A stretch of DNA of 64,000 nucleotides from Octopus bimaculoides (lineage: Eukaryota): positions 78,570,089 to 78,634,088 of the forward strand of contig NC_068990.1 in assembly GCF_001194135.2 (NCBI RefSeq), in the 5' to 3' direction. Position 1 is the first letter of the stretch. Every line of letters begins with the position of its first letter. Below the pieces are notes generated by a model that saw nothing but the letters and a program-made list of their open reading frames with translations, had not been told where the DNA came from and did no database searches. Below, piece after piece: positions 25,039 to 38,092 of the stretch. Position numbers and translations under genes: made by a program.

Positions 25039-25090
<52 letters not shown>

Positions 25091-25464
25091 GTTGTTTTAG
25101 AAACATTAAAAAAAGTCTCTAAGAAGTTGTGACATCCATGCTTTGCCAAAGAGTGATTTCAGTTACTATAGCAACCTTTGTTGGGTAAAACAGGAAACTT
25201 TCATTATCATATGAGGGGATCTTAGCTTTGTGAGCAAACAAAACAACTTTACTTCAAATGAGGAACTAGGTGGGGGTGATCTTTCCAGACCAGTTGCAAA
25301 TTTAAGTTGTGTAAGAAACCATGGGGCCAAATTTGTGCTCAGAAAAACAATCAGTCTTTTAGTAATGAAGAGAATTACAACTTAAATTACTATTTTGCAT
25401 CTTCAGGTTTGAACAATTTTTCACAGGTTTTGTTAGCAGAAAGTTTTAAATTTGAATGCAGAAG

Positions 25465-26050
25465 GCTTTTCTTCTGTTCTGAGTTCAAATTCTGGCTTTC
25501 ATCTTTTCGGGATTCATAACATAAGGACCAGTCAAGCACTGTGGTCGACGTAATAAACTTACCTCACCCCCAAAATTTGAAATTATTATTATCATCATCA
25601 TCATCATTATCATTATTATTGAGGTGGCGAGCTGGCAGAATCGTTAGCATGACAGGCTAAATGCTTAGTGGTATTTCATCTGTCTACATGTTCTGAGTTC
25701 AAATTCTGTTGAGGTCGACTTTGCCTTTCATCCTTTTTTGGGGGGGGGGGGTGATGAATTAAGTACCAGTGAAACACTGGGGTCGGTGTAATCAACTCAC
25801 CCCCTCCCCAAAATGGCTGCCCTTGTGGCAAAATCTGAAACCAAAATCCTAAGCATGCTGGACAAAATGTTTAGTGGTATTTTTTCCGTCATTGCATGCA
25901 GAGTTCAAATTTTGCATGGGTCAACTTTGCCTTTCATTCCTTCAGGGTCAGTAAAATAAATACCAATTGAGTGCTGGGGTCGATGTATTTGACCAGCNNN
26001 NNNNNNNCCCCCCAATTTCAGGCCTTGTGCCTATCATTAAAAAGGATTGT
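25465..26050 (+). mobile_element. Chain of three S1 SINEs
   Basis: Three gagttcaaatt B-box cores near 25480, 25695 and 25900; full head gaggtggcgagctggcagaatcgttagc at 25621. Confidence 0.85.
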
Positions 26051-26859
26051 TGTTGTTATTATTATTGAGAAGTCACCAATAAACATCTGATAATACGAAA
26101 TCCCTTCCTAATCTCTTCTCTAGTCCAGCTGATAAGCAAACTCTCTTTCCTTCCAAATTTTCAAGTCATTTTACATTGCTCTTTATATCAAAGTTCATGG
26201 AAAAGCATGAATGCTCCAACTTCCTCTTCATCCAATTAAAAATCATAGTTTCTATTCCGATGGAAGAATATTGCATTTTTTCTTTCATTGATTTATCACA
26301 AATTTTGTAAATACTCGTATGATTGGCTATAAATATAGTATGATTGGTTATGATTGGTTATAGGTTTCCAACAGGAAGAACAGAAATTGGAGGGAGTAAA
26401 TACAACAAGGTACTTTTGTCCCACATACACACACGACAATTTCCATCCAAAGTCCTGCACAGTTAAGATTGAACCAAGAATCAAACGCTTCAGCACAACT
26501 GCTCTACTTGTGTATACCTGTGTATAGTTGCATAATTAATCGATCCAACACAGGCAAATGTGCAAAGGAGACGAGTAAACAGAGTGTTCACACCAATGAA
26601 TCATTGAATAAAGTGCAGTGAGGAGATAGTAAAACAGTTATGGCTGTCTTATTTATTCAATTATTTTGTACTTGTGTCTAGGAAGTATTTACATAAAACT
26701 TGTTGGGGGGCAAATATTTGCTATTAACAATCCAAACTTGTGATAAATATTACCAATCAACCAGATGCCATCAGTTGCTCTCTTCTTCAATCTTACAAGG
26801 TCTGTCATCATTTTCTTTTTCATGCACCTTGAACTCATTATTATATTAAATGATAAAGC

Positions 26860-27065
26860 AACGGGTTGGCAGAATCGTTAGCAGAATCGTTAGCAGAATC
26901 GTTAGTAAAATGCTTAGTGGCATTTTGTTCATCTTTACATTCTGAGTTCAAATCCTGTAAAGGTCAATCTTGCTTCTCCTACTTTCACAGTTGAGGTCAA
27001 TGTAATCAATTCATTCCCACCACCCTAAAATTGCTGGCCTTGTGCCAAAATTTGAAACCATTGTT
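26860..27065 (+). mobile_element. S1 SINE with a triplicated 12-bp head segment
   Basis: gcagaatcgtta x3 at 26869-26904, then B box ctgagttcaaatcc. Confidence 0.85.
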
Positions 27066-30000
27066 ATATTACACTGTATTATGTAATATTAATTCAATAT
27101 AATAATAATATATAGTTTATTTATAATTATTTTTGTTATTTTACATCCATTTTAACATGATGCATTGATTGTAAGGAAATTTATGCATTCCTAGAGAACT
27201 GATAAAACCATTCCCCTGTGATGGATGGTTTTTCTACAGCAAAGCAAACAACAGGAAAACAAGTGTGAAATATGTCAACCTGAGACGAGGGGAGGGGGGG
27301 GAGAAAGAGACAAACAGTCTTGTGTGTTGCCTTGGGATATTTTTCATTTTTTTTTCAATTTATCCCTTTAAAATTGTTTTTCTAAAATATTCAAATAATA
27401 ACAAGATCACACATCTGTCTTGAAGATTACCTCCTCCCTCCCTCCCTCTCTCTGTTAGTCAATTAAATTGCTCTAAAGAAGATTATGCAAATAAAAGTTA
27501 ATCTTTTGTTTATTGTAATATGATTTTTTTCTGGTTTTGAGTAAAACACGGGTGAAATGCAGCGGAAAACATTAGTGAAGTGGAGCATAAAATTGAACAT
27601 TCTTTTGGTTTGATGAATAAAAGCATTCTAGGAGCTTCTACTTCAAGGAGTTCTAATGACACCAGTTCAGGTTATTCTTACCATTTCAGTGAACTCCAAA
27701 CTTCCTTGTTCAGATTCTGGTGTATTTTTATTTGAAATGTGGAATAAAATTCTTTGAAAATAGTTTTGAACCAGGTGAGGAATGAGTGCTACGCTTGAGG
27801 ATTTCATTTTCAATGATTTGTGACAGACACATTTTCATTTTTGTTAAACCATCAAAACCCTAACTGTTCTCATTTGAGTCTTTCTAAATAGATGAAAGTT
27901 ATTGTAGGGGATGTACAAATCTGGTAATTTGAAGAATATTGAAGGGAACTGAAAAAATTTTATGAGTGATAATAAATCACAAGGTTGTCCGTTAATGCAT
28001 TTTAAAGAAAAAAACTAGATCGGAATGGGTAGAAAACTAACTTTGGGGAGACAAAACTTGAAAAAAAGATCATTCTATTGTTACTTTGTTATATATTCTA
28101 TATTACATATGTCATAATAAATATAGTATGTACTATATACATACATGTGTATATATGTAATATACATACATGTATAGAGAATATACAATATATATATATA
28201 TACATTTGTAAACAATATGTTATATATACACATATGTGCATATAATTTACTGCTGACAAGAGAGTGATATATTGGAAGTTAACAGCTTCTGTGCAAACTC
28301 AGTTAACGACATCGTCTAATTACAGATGATCAATTGGTCAAGTGGTACAGGGTGTGTATGCAATTAAATTGAATGAAGATTGTATTAATAGCAAGAAAAT
28401 CAAAAGTATGATAATAGAGGCATCAATGTCCTCACATTACCATAAACAATAGAGCAGCAGAAACAAGGCAAGTTCTCTCTTCATCTCTCAAGTAAATATC
28501 TCAATCTCAAGGGAAGGAGATGTGGAACGAAAATGGAGATTGGTAAAGCTGTAAGAGTTATTTGAGAAACTACGCCCTACACCCTGTATGGTCTTTGAAG
28601 AGCATCGGGTAAACCACAAAGCACCATCTATTCCTTTATTGTGCTATGAAAATATATGAGTGAGATGTTTGTGTTAGATGCTCAGTGTAATATAGGGAGA
28701 GAGACCACATCAGCTAGAAGAAAGTGATGAGAAAAGCAGGGATGGTATGTTAACATCAGAGAAAAATAAGAAGGCTAAAATCAAACATTCTCCAAGTAGG
28801 AAGGCCTACAAAATAGAGGAGTGGAATAATTCCAGAAATTGGTAGAATTAATAATGTAAAAAAAAAACAAGGAAAACTGAATGCAAAATATTTTTCAATG
28901 ACAGTTTTAGACATCCAGGGTTCAACTGGAACAACACTAGCAGGGTTGTATGTTGGTAGAGGAAGGATTTGTCATACCCAATATTCCAGTGGGAGTCAGA
29001 GGAAAGAAATTTATGGGATAAACTATAGAATCTGAGAAAGACAATACTGGACTGTGTCAAAGATAAACATTGGCATAAGGAAGAGTTTAACATTTTAGGT
29101 ATTATCTTTCACTGGAGTTTGAGGGATGATTTGCCAAAGGATGCAGCTGAAATAATATTCCATTTTTATTTTAAGGATACCTAAAGGGCTGTGTTTCTGG
29201 ACATGATACTTAGTCTTTCTCTATATCTATTAGTTAGAAGATTGGCATCAGGTTTTCTGTGAATCTTGTTTCCCAAAGACTGACGCTCGCTGCCAGGACA
29301 CTCTACCCTTATTGTGATAGATATTGAGTAAAGTAGTAGCTTTTTGTTGGGATCATGGAAATGAATATTATTTTAAATTTGTTATCGTATGATGATAACA
29401 AGTCTGTTGTCAGCAACTAGCATCTTTGGCATCTCCTCCCTCTTCCTCCAACGAAGACATTAATATTACACAATTTATGAAAAGAAATTGTAAAATCCAG
29501 TGAATGGGGGCTAAAAAAATATGAACCAATTTGAAAACAACCATTTCACTCTTGAAAATTCCACAACCAATTTCAGCAGATAAAAACAAAAAGAAAAGAA
29601 GCATTAAAAATGATTAAAAAAGATAGAAATGGGAATCCATGGGAAATATTTAAAATTTATTTTGTTATTTGTTCTTGGAAAGAAGAGAAAATTGAATGTT
29701 TACTGACATCTTTATCACCGTAAAAACATTTGAAGTTAACCCAATTATTAAAACAGTGGAACTTCACACTTTAGTTTTTGGTTAAATTGATGCATTCATT
29801 AAATAATAATCTTAATTCCCAATTTCTTTTATTGGTTGAACAGTAAAACTCACTTCAAATGAAAAAAAAAAAATTGAATTTTCAAATTAGAATATATTTC
29901 AACCATCAAAATATATTTTATCTCCAAAGACAATGTTTTAAAGCAAAATAATAACATTGAAATTTGTTAAATAGTTTCTTCTTTTACTGAGAGATGCAAC

Positions 30001-31959
30001 AAAATCTTGTCAATTTACCATTAAAATATTTAAGAAAAATTTGAAAAATATAAATAAAAATTATTCAATTGTTTTGCCATATTAATCTGGCTGAACAGGT
30101 CTTGTTCTCTAAATCTTGCACTGGTTTCAGTTATTTGACTGTGGTCATGCTGGAGCAACACTTTCTAGTGTTCGGTTGATCAAACAGACCTCACTACTCA
30201 TTTTAGCCTGGTATTTATCAATTTTTATCAGTTAAACTGCTAATTTACAATACGTAAAGAAACACAACAAATCAAGATATTTTCTAGTCTTCCTTTTGAT
30301 GTTAGCATGGGTGTTTATGATTAGGAAAAGATTTAGTTGGAATATATCTTTTATTTAACTCATGAAAAGAACAATCATAGATCAAAAAAGAATGACTCTA
30401 AACAGATGATGGCCCATCAAAGAAAAACTGCAGACCAAAAAAGAGGACTCTAAAGAGATGATGGCCTATCAATAAATAATCATAACCCACAACAATAGAG
30501 GGAAAATTTACATAATTTCTTCAAACAACATAGATTTAAGAGATCCACTAAGCACAATAGACCTCAGTTTTGTTTCTTTCATTTATTTTCTATTCTATCA
30601 TTATGAATGTAATGTCACACATCTTTTTAATAAGTACTCTGCTCACTTTCAAGATCTCAACTGCTTCTTCTTTTCTATTCTGATACAAAATAATGACTAC
30701 AGGAATAGCCAAGTGCACCTCTTCAACACCTAAAATAACTGTCACAAGAGCAAAACAGGGGTACATGCAAAATTATATGATTCACTCAGCTGGTCTGTGT
30801 GGAGTCCTTTTCACAGTGTGCAATATGTTGGTTTTTGCACAAGTATTTACAAAAAAAAAAAAAAAAAAAAGAACTATGTGTGTATGTGTGTGTGTACATG
30901 CATATGTATGTGTAGAGTTGGATGAAGACCTACTGATGACCTAACCCCACCCCAACAATTATGTCCCATTATCCTTCATCTGTCCTATTGTTGAGATATA
31001 AAGACATAAAGAATGTTGAATGTGAAAGAAGAGGTAATAAAATACAGGTGTTTCTTTTTTTCCAGGCTATCTGTCTGACCAAATCTCACAACTATATTAA
31101 ATATATCCTGGTCTTAAATTCTATTTAACACTAATTAGCAAATCAATGAGTAATTCATTTACTTATAATCAGAGCAACAAGATAAAAATGCAAATCTTCA
31201 ACACACGTGCGTGTTTAATGGTTTAATCTCACACACACACACAAATGTTAATGCATGGGTCATATGTATCAGCATACATAAACCTAGTCAAACATTAACT
31301 GATAAAACATTCAATAAATGAAAGTATGAAGGGGTGCGGGGTGTGGGGTAAGAAAGCAGGTAAACAGTTGCCATCGACTAGATTCCACTCACAAGTTGCT
31401 GGTCAACCTCGTATGTAGACAGATGTATTGTTATCTTTTTAGATTAGGAGGATAAAAAAATAAAGGAAAATTTGATTTTGGTGCATTTAACCAATTAGTG
31501 GGTTAATTAGAGGAAATTTAACATTAAATTGGAAATGAAATTATATGGTGGTTTTAGTCTTTGTTTCGTTTGTGATTTTACAATAGTTGAAAAAAAAATT
31601 TTAAAAAGGGTTGAGCAAAAGACCATAAATTTCTAAGGGATTAAGTTGATTAATGGTAATTATTTCATTGATGAAAGATAAAGGTGACCACTGGTCATAA
31701 TCAAAGTCAGAACAGGCAGTGGACAGAAGTGTGTGGAAGGTATTTATGAAGATGCTCAATCAATTCTAAAAAGAAGAAAAACACTGCTCAGCAGGCAGCC
31801 TGATCCTTGGGTACCTCTACTCAGTAGGCAGCCTGATCCTTGGGTACCTCCCCTCTATGTTGGCCCACATGGGTAATAAAAAAAACAGATCCTTGGGTAC
31901 CTTAAGTGAAGTTGACTCTGTTGATGTTGTGTCAGATCAGGTCACTTCTTACCAATGTT

Positions 31960-32035
31960 TTCCATCAATAAGTTTTTATTGTTCCATCAATAAGTTTTTA
32001 TTGTTCCATCAATAAGTTTTTATTGTTCCATCAAT
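31960..32035. repeat. 22-bp tandem repeat, about 3.4 copies
   Basis: ttccatcaataagtttttattg at 31960, 31982 and 32004, partial at 32026. Confidence 0.95.
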
Positions 32036-32064
32036 TCCATCACTTTACTGCAAAGACACACCTG

Positions 32065-32290
32065 TTGTAAAAAGCACGATCCAAACGTAATCGATGCCAG
32101 GCCCACCTGAGTGGCTCCTGTGCCAGTGGCACGTAAAAAGCACCCACTACACTCTTGGAGTGGTTGGCATTAGGAAGGGCATCCAGCTGTAGAAACATTG
32201 CCAGATCAGATTGGCTCTCCAGACCTCAGTCAAACCGTCCAACCCATGCCAGCATGGAAAACGGACGTTAAAAGATGATGATGATGATTG
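32065..32290 (+). mobile_element. RTE 3' UTR copy with a single hairpin/pseudoknot unit
   Basis: gatgccaggcccacctgagtggctcctgtgccagtggcacgtaaaaagcacccactacac...ggaagggcatccagc...ggacgttaaaa(gat)n. Confidence 0.85.
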
Positions 32291-32636
32291 TCATAAATCT
32301 TCTTTTTCCTGATTTTGAGGGAGCCACAACAAAGATGTTCAACCTACTAAAAATAAAGGGAAAATCTACCTCAAATAACATTGAACCATCTTAAAAAATG
32401 GACACAATGAATATCATACTCCTAGGTACACTAGTGCTTAAAGAAAAAGAAAAGGAAGAAACAGAAGAGCCACAACATGGTGGAGATGAGTTTGATCATC
32501 TGACTGATCAGGTTTGATTAATCAGTGGCTTGATTGATTAGGACTGACTTAGTGATTACCAACAACAACCATTTTTAATGTTGTCAAGAATATTAAAATG
32601 ACTTGTTTATTAAATATATTTACATATTTTTTCAAT

Positions 32637-33050
32637 AGGCAAAGGAGTGGCTGTGTGGTAAGTAGCTTGCTTACCAACCACATGGTCCCGGGTTCAGTCC
32701 CACTGCATGACACCTTGGGCAANNNNNNNNNNGGTCCCGGGTTCAGTCCCACTGCATGACACCTTGGGCAAGTGTCTTCTACTATTGCCTCAAGCTGACC
32801 AAAGCCCTGTGAGTGGATTTGTAGACGGAAACTGAAAGAAGCCTGTCATACACACACACACACGTGTGTGTGTTTGTGTGTCTGTGTTTATCCCCCCACC
32901 ATCACTTGACAACCGATGTTGGTGTGTTTACGTCCCTGTAACTTAGCGGTTCAGGCTTACAAAGAATAAGTCCTGTGGTTGATTTGTTCAACTAAAGGCA
33001 GTTGCTCCAGCGTGGCCGCAGTCAAATGACTGAAACAAATAAAAGGGAAA
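32637..33050 (+). mobile_element. CORE-type SINE family S2; the head duplication flanks an N gap and is probably an assembly artefact
   Basis: ggagtggctgtgtggtaagtagcttgc...ggtcccgggttcagtcccactgcatgacaccttgggcaa appears on both sides of the gap at 32723-32732. Confidence 0.9.
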
Positions 33051-34273
33051 GAATAAATTCCAAAAAGCGTCAGGAATAAATCTGATTATTTCTTAAAGTT
33101 GTTGAAATACCTTTATCATCATCATCATCATCATCATCATCATCGTTTAATGTCTGCTTTCCATACTGGCATGGGTTGGACGGTTTGAGTGAGGGCTGGC
33201 AAGCCAGAAGACTGCACCAGGCTATTCACCAATGACTTTTTAAGTAGATATAAGTGTGTGACAAATAATCAAGTGAAAGACATCACTTCAGTGATATCTC
33301 TGTAGCAAGTGGTGCACTGGGTCAAGGCCAACACACTCAACTCTCTCACCGTTCCAGGCCACATATCAGTGAATGTTGTTGAACTTTAGGTCAATTTTGA
33401 TCGAGGCAGACCTATGATCAAGTGTATTCCACCTGTGACCATCCCATCCTTGTATATTTGATCTTTATTTATTTAAAGTAGTGTGTGATTTGAAGGTGAT
33501 TTGGTTGTTATTTCTAGCAGACTGGGTGGTCTCATTGAGGCTCCCTCATTGGCTGTGAGTATGCGACACTGAGTGCAGGAGACACACTGATGTTAAAATG
33601 TGAAGATATTGCAGCAGGCTTAAGGAATATTCCATTAGAAGAGGGAATAAGGCTTAAGGAATATTCCATTAGAAGATGGCGTTACTGTGAGCCAAGGGAA
33701 GAAATCAGGAAACTGCTTCAATATGTCCTCACAAAAATGATGACCAAGAGTTCAATCCTATGTGACTCTTCCAATTGTGTGACTTAAAGAAAAATGAAGC
33801 AGTTAATTCCATTAGCAAAACTGTTTATCACCCATTAACATCTTCATTCTAAATGCCAAATCTTTCTCCATTTTGCTTATTAGAGTTTTTTTTCCGAGAT
33901 TTCCTCGATAAACATCAACAAATCAAAGTTTTGTGAGTTTCAATAAAATATAAAACATAAATAAGATGAGCCAAGTCTCTATAAGGCTATTTGGAATGCT
34001 AAAAATAACAGTTTATGTTCCTGAAATAACCCTTACTATCTGGAAAAAAAAAAAAAAGGGGGAGGATACAATAAACGATGCAGTTCTAGATATATTGTCT
34101 GGGGAAATAAGGGGGAAAATGGTTTCGATGGTCAAGCTGGAATTAGATGAAGGCTTGACCATGGCAAAACAAGTCATAATAGTAGTTCTTAATGACAACA
34201 TGTTATCATCAAACAAGAGGATTGATGGAAGGAGGGTGGAAGAGAAAATAGTGTTATGGTTTAAACTTGGGAG

Positions 34274-34318
<45 letters not shown>

Positions 34319-34867
34319 GAATTAGACATATTCACACTGTAGGATATAGCCAAAAGGAAAGAGTGATGGACAGATATATCACAGGACTAGTGAATTGTAT
34401 GATTTTATTTTAATGTTTGATGTAGTCAATAAATTTATGAAAGAAAACGAAAATAGTGTTAGTCTGTAGTGACCTTTTATACCTAGTGTATGTGTGTGTG
34501 AGAGAGAGAGAGAGAGAGATGTTTCTGGGCTGAATGACAAGAAAAGGAGTTTGTTGTAGTTAAGCAGAAAAAAGAAGTGAAAGGAAGTGGGAGGAAAGAA
34601 AGGACAAACCTGACACTGAGTTGTTGTTGTTCAGCATTAAAATAAATAATGTAATGGGAGGAGGAGGAGACATGGACAGTGAAGAATTACATGTCTCTGA
34701 TACAACACTGTATTAGTAACAAGATATTAGGAAATACCAGTTGACTGTCAACTGTGACCAGTATTGATACCTCATTAGCCATCAGCTGCAATTGTTTATT
34801 ATCAACAACATATGGAAAAAAATGAAACAAAATTAATGAAATGTGGTTTTGTTTTGGTCAATTTTAA

Positions 34868-35320
34868 CCCCTTTTAGCATTTAAATTATTCTGTCAAATG
34901 TAATGCTTATTTACTGACACCCTTTTGATTTGAAACCTAATTGCTAGATATTCAGTCTGACAACATGACTGAACCATCATAATTTCACATGATTGATCTA
35001 TTAATTGACCAATCAGTGTGAGGCTGTGGGTGTGATATGGTTTTCTTGAACATTCTAGAATTTGGCTTCTGGTCCCCTATAAAAACTGCTTGGAGTGCAG
35101 ACAGCCAAGGACCTGTTGCCATGGAAATTTACACAGTTGACTTTGTATATTTTTGGACTGACCACATCTTGTCACACAGATGGCTTTCATTAATTTCAGA
35201 GTGACAGTTTATTTTTAGAATGAAATTGTTGGGTAGGTATAAGAAGCAGGATCTGGCCAGGTTGACCCCAAAACAGGTAAAATATCTTGCCTGGATATGG
35301 CTGGTTTAAATGCTAAAGTG
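34868..35320. mobile_element. piggyBac-type MITE with about 290 bp of unrelated internal sequence
   Basis: TTAA at 34864-34867 and 35321-35324. Left end cccttttagcatt..ctgtcaaatgtaatgcttattt; right part tagaatgaaattgttgggtaggt...aatgctaaagtg. Confidence 0.75.
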
Positions 35321-36839
35321 TTAAACATAGAAATATTAACCAGACAGAAGCTAGGCAGGTGGAAAGCTTTGGTTCTATCAATATACAACTTGTACCAAAT
35401 ATTACAATAATTATTACAACACAAGGGATGTAATAAGCCATAAAGATCAGTTGTCTACAGATGTAAACATTGACCATTCTATGCTCAAACTGACCATTCT
35501 ACCTGATCAAAACTCAACTCATAAAAGAGGCTTGTATCAATGCCATTTTATAATTTTTTTTTTTTGTCATTAACAAACAACTTCACAAATCTCATATCTT
35601 GCTCTGAAGCCAACTCTTGTAAGCCAGGCTTATCAATTCCATGCTAATTCACCAACTTTTGCAACCATTTTCACATCTAAAACTTTCAGTCAAAAGAGAA
35701 AAGAAAAAAACAATTTTTTTTCATGGTGGCAGCTTTGAAAGTAAAAACCAATTTTCTATAGTGGTTGCTTTAAATATCTCCTTGGTTCTTTTTTCTTTCC
35801 TTTTTTTTCCCATTTCTACCTAGCAACTAACAGCTAAAGAACTGGCATAAGCTAGAAGAAATGCTAAAGGCTAAAGGAATTCATTGCAGACATTTGATGT
35901 ATGTTGAGATATTAATGGTTTCTTGCACAACAATGAAGAAACCTTAGTTTTAGGAAAGGAATTTACAAAGATTTTATGTCTTTTAAAATGTATATGAGCA
36001 AACATGAAGCAATTGAAACAGAGGTCGCAAGAATTTACTGCTGTTGACCAGACATTAAAACAGAAATATCTTCTATGGGTACCACTTCTTTTTTTTGTTT
36101 TTTTTTTTGAAAAGGAAGAGAGATGAAAGGGTGAAAATTCAGAATCTCAGAAAATTCTAATCAATAGGAGAGTTTGCAAAGTTTTAGTCCTTGTTGTTTG
36201 TCTGAGAATGATGAAAGACAGAAAGAAACTTCAGAGTATCGTCTTAATTTACAGTTAATAAATAACATTAATTTTTATCTACCTCAAGGATTTTTGTACA
36301 CTGTCTTTGGAACTGTAAAATATGATATCAAACGTGTATGACATGAAATATTTGATACACACACACACACACACACAAATGCAAATATGTCTAATAAACA
36401 CATCTAGTACGGTTTTCTTCTCTTGGTACAAGTTCTATGAAGGTAAGAATAATTGGAGAACTTTTTACATGACATAAAGGTGAAGGGAGGAGAGGATTCT
36501 GTAGAGGAGTTCTGATCATGTGATCAGGAATTTAATCTTAATAACAAAATCCTTATTTTGTGCTCCTCACTAATGTAGCCCTTCTCATCACAGTCTTCAC
36601 TAAAGCAAGGAAAATATCACATCCAGTTTCATATGCAAATGTCAACATTTGTAAAAGCCACCCATGCAGATTAATGGAAGTAAGATGTGTGCTTTTAATT
36701 TAAATGGATACATACATAGAAACGCACACACACATATACACACATGCACACACATATATACATACATGTATTTTCTCTCCCTTTCTCTCTCTCTATATAT
36801 ATATGTATATGTATATATACGAGTAAATGGACAAATAAA

Positions 36840-37025
36840 AGAAGGGCGCTCAACCAATTTATTGGGAGTAACATGTATGGATCAAAACAGTTTGATTCAA
36901 ATTTGTTGGTACTGTTGAGTTTCAAGCGTGACGCTAGTTGTCCGCCATTTTGAATTTGATTGACAAAAGTTGATTGTTATTACCGTAAAGTGGACTGCGA
37001 TTGGTTGAGGTAGGTCACGCATGGT
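36840..37025 (-). promoter_or_regulatory. Candidate promoter: YY1 motif, CCAAT boxes, CRE-like half sites, locally CpG-rich
   Basis: CCGCCATTTT at 36942-36951 (AAAATGGCGG on minus), caaccaat near 36850, gattggtt near 37000, gcgtgacgc and gtcacgc. Motif evidence only. Confidence 0.35.
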
Positions 37026-37659
37026 TTGATGTTGGTATATAGATAACAGTTAGTTAGAAATACTGCATGATGAACAGGAAATTGACCATGAGGAGGAGAA
37101 GAAATGGACCACGAAGTGATTAGGAAGTCAATCAGGTTGTTGGTGAGGCGGGAGTAGGAAGAGGAGACACATCCAAGTATATTGTAATTCTATATGTGGG
37201 TGAGTAGACATGCACATATAGTTTTGCATGCATATGTATATTGATGCGAACATGTGCATCTGTGCATTGGTGCACATGTACATGCCTGCACACACACACA
37301 TGCTTGGTCGAACACATACACACACATGCATGCACATACACACATACGCAAACCCATTATTCTTGCCGGTTGGGATTCATATAAGCCCCAAGGTAGGATT
37401 TTGTACCAATTTGTATCTCTAGAAATATTCTCCTGATGACAGGAATGGAATTGTCATCTTGTTTATTTCCGTTATTTTACGATACGGTTTATAATATGGT
37501 AGAATAGGTTCCAAACTTTGAAATTGCAATAAAGAATTAACTTTTTATCTTCAAATTGTGGATTTTATATGTCATGTTGCTTGCAGACAGCTTTATTGTG
37601 AGGAGATAAAATATGAGTGACAATAGTGGCTTTATAGGATCTTTCTGATTTGGCAGACA

Positions 37660-38092
37660 CCATTTTTTATTTAGTTTTTATTTAGTGTGTTTTCTACCGA
37701 AACACTTTAAAACTTTGTATACTTGTATATTTTGTGTTATAGAATAGAGAAAAATTTTTATATTTGAAGTTATTTCATGTTAAAAGTTGTCGTATTTCGG
37801 TAATTTCAACCAATCATTGACGTCTATTGAGGTGAAAACAATTACTGCTGTGGTGGTGCAATGGGATCTTTTCCCTTGAATAAAATTAGTGCCGTTGTTT
37901 GTCAACAGCAACTATCGGTGATACTGTTATTTATGACATCGTTCATGCGTTTGTATTGGTTTTAGCTTTAGGGTTTTAGGGTAAGGGTTCGGATTTTAGA
38001 GTTAGGGTTAGGGTTATGATTATTTTTGCCAAATTTGGTGAAAAATTTGTGGCGGTGTATTGAACAGATTTTCACCAAATTTGGCAAAAATA
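37660..38092. mobile_element. Unclassified element with a degenerate (TTAGGG)n tract and a terminal hairpin (possibly Helitron/Helentron-derived)
   Basis: TTAGGG-like tract 37961-38016. Perfect 24-bp inverted repeat 38021-38044 / 38069-38092. Relatively CpG-rich body. The left boundary is approximate. Confidence 0.45.

Noticed and set aside
26317-26365. Three ATTGG motifs with TATAAA as a promoter
   Set aside because: Explained by a short tatgattgg tandem duplication, with no CpG or other support.
27680-27780. Splice-like sites (minus gtaag near 27680, plus gtgag near 27775)
   Set aside because: Acceptors are weak and the peptides uninformative; expected by chance in 64 kb.
28480-29110. Purine-rich tract as an antisense LINE relic
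   Set aside because: No recognisable RT or endonuclease motif in any frame. Similar weak cases at 16420-16800, 33990-34260, 43740-44060, 50060-50330 and 52040-52420 were also left uncalled.
32693-32770. Tandem duplication of a SINE head
   Set aside because: Identical sequence on both sides of a 10-N gap indicates unmerged contig ends.
33616-33676. 27-bp direct repeat with a 7-bp spacer
   Set aside because: Only two copies; an ordinary local duplication, like those at 31797-31850.
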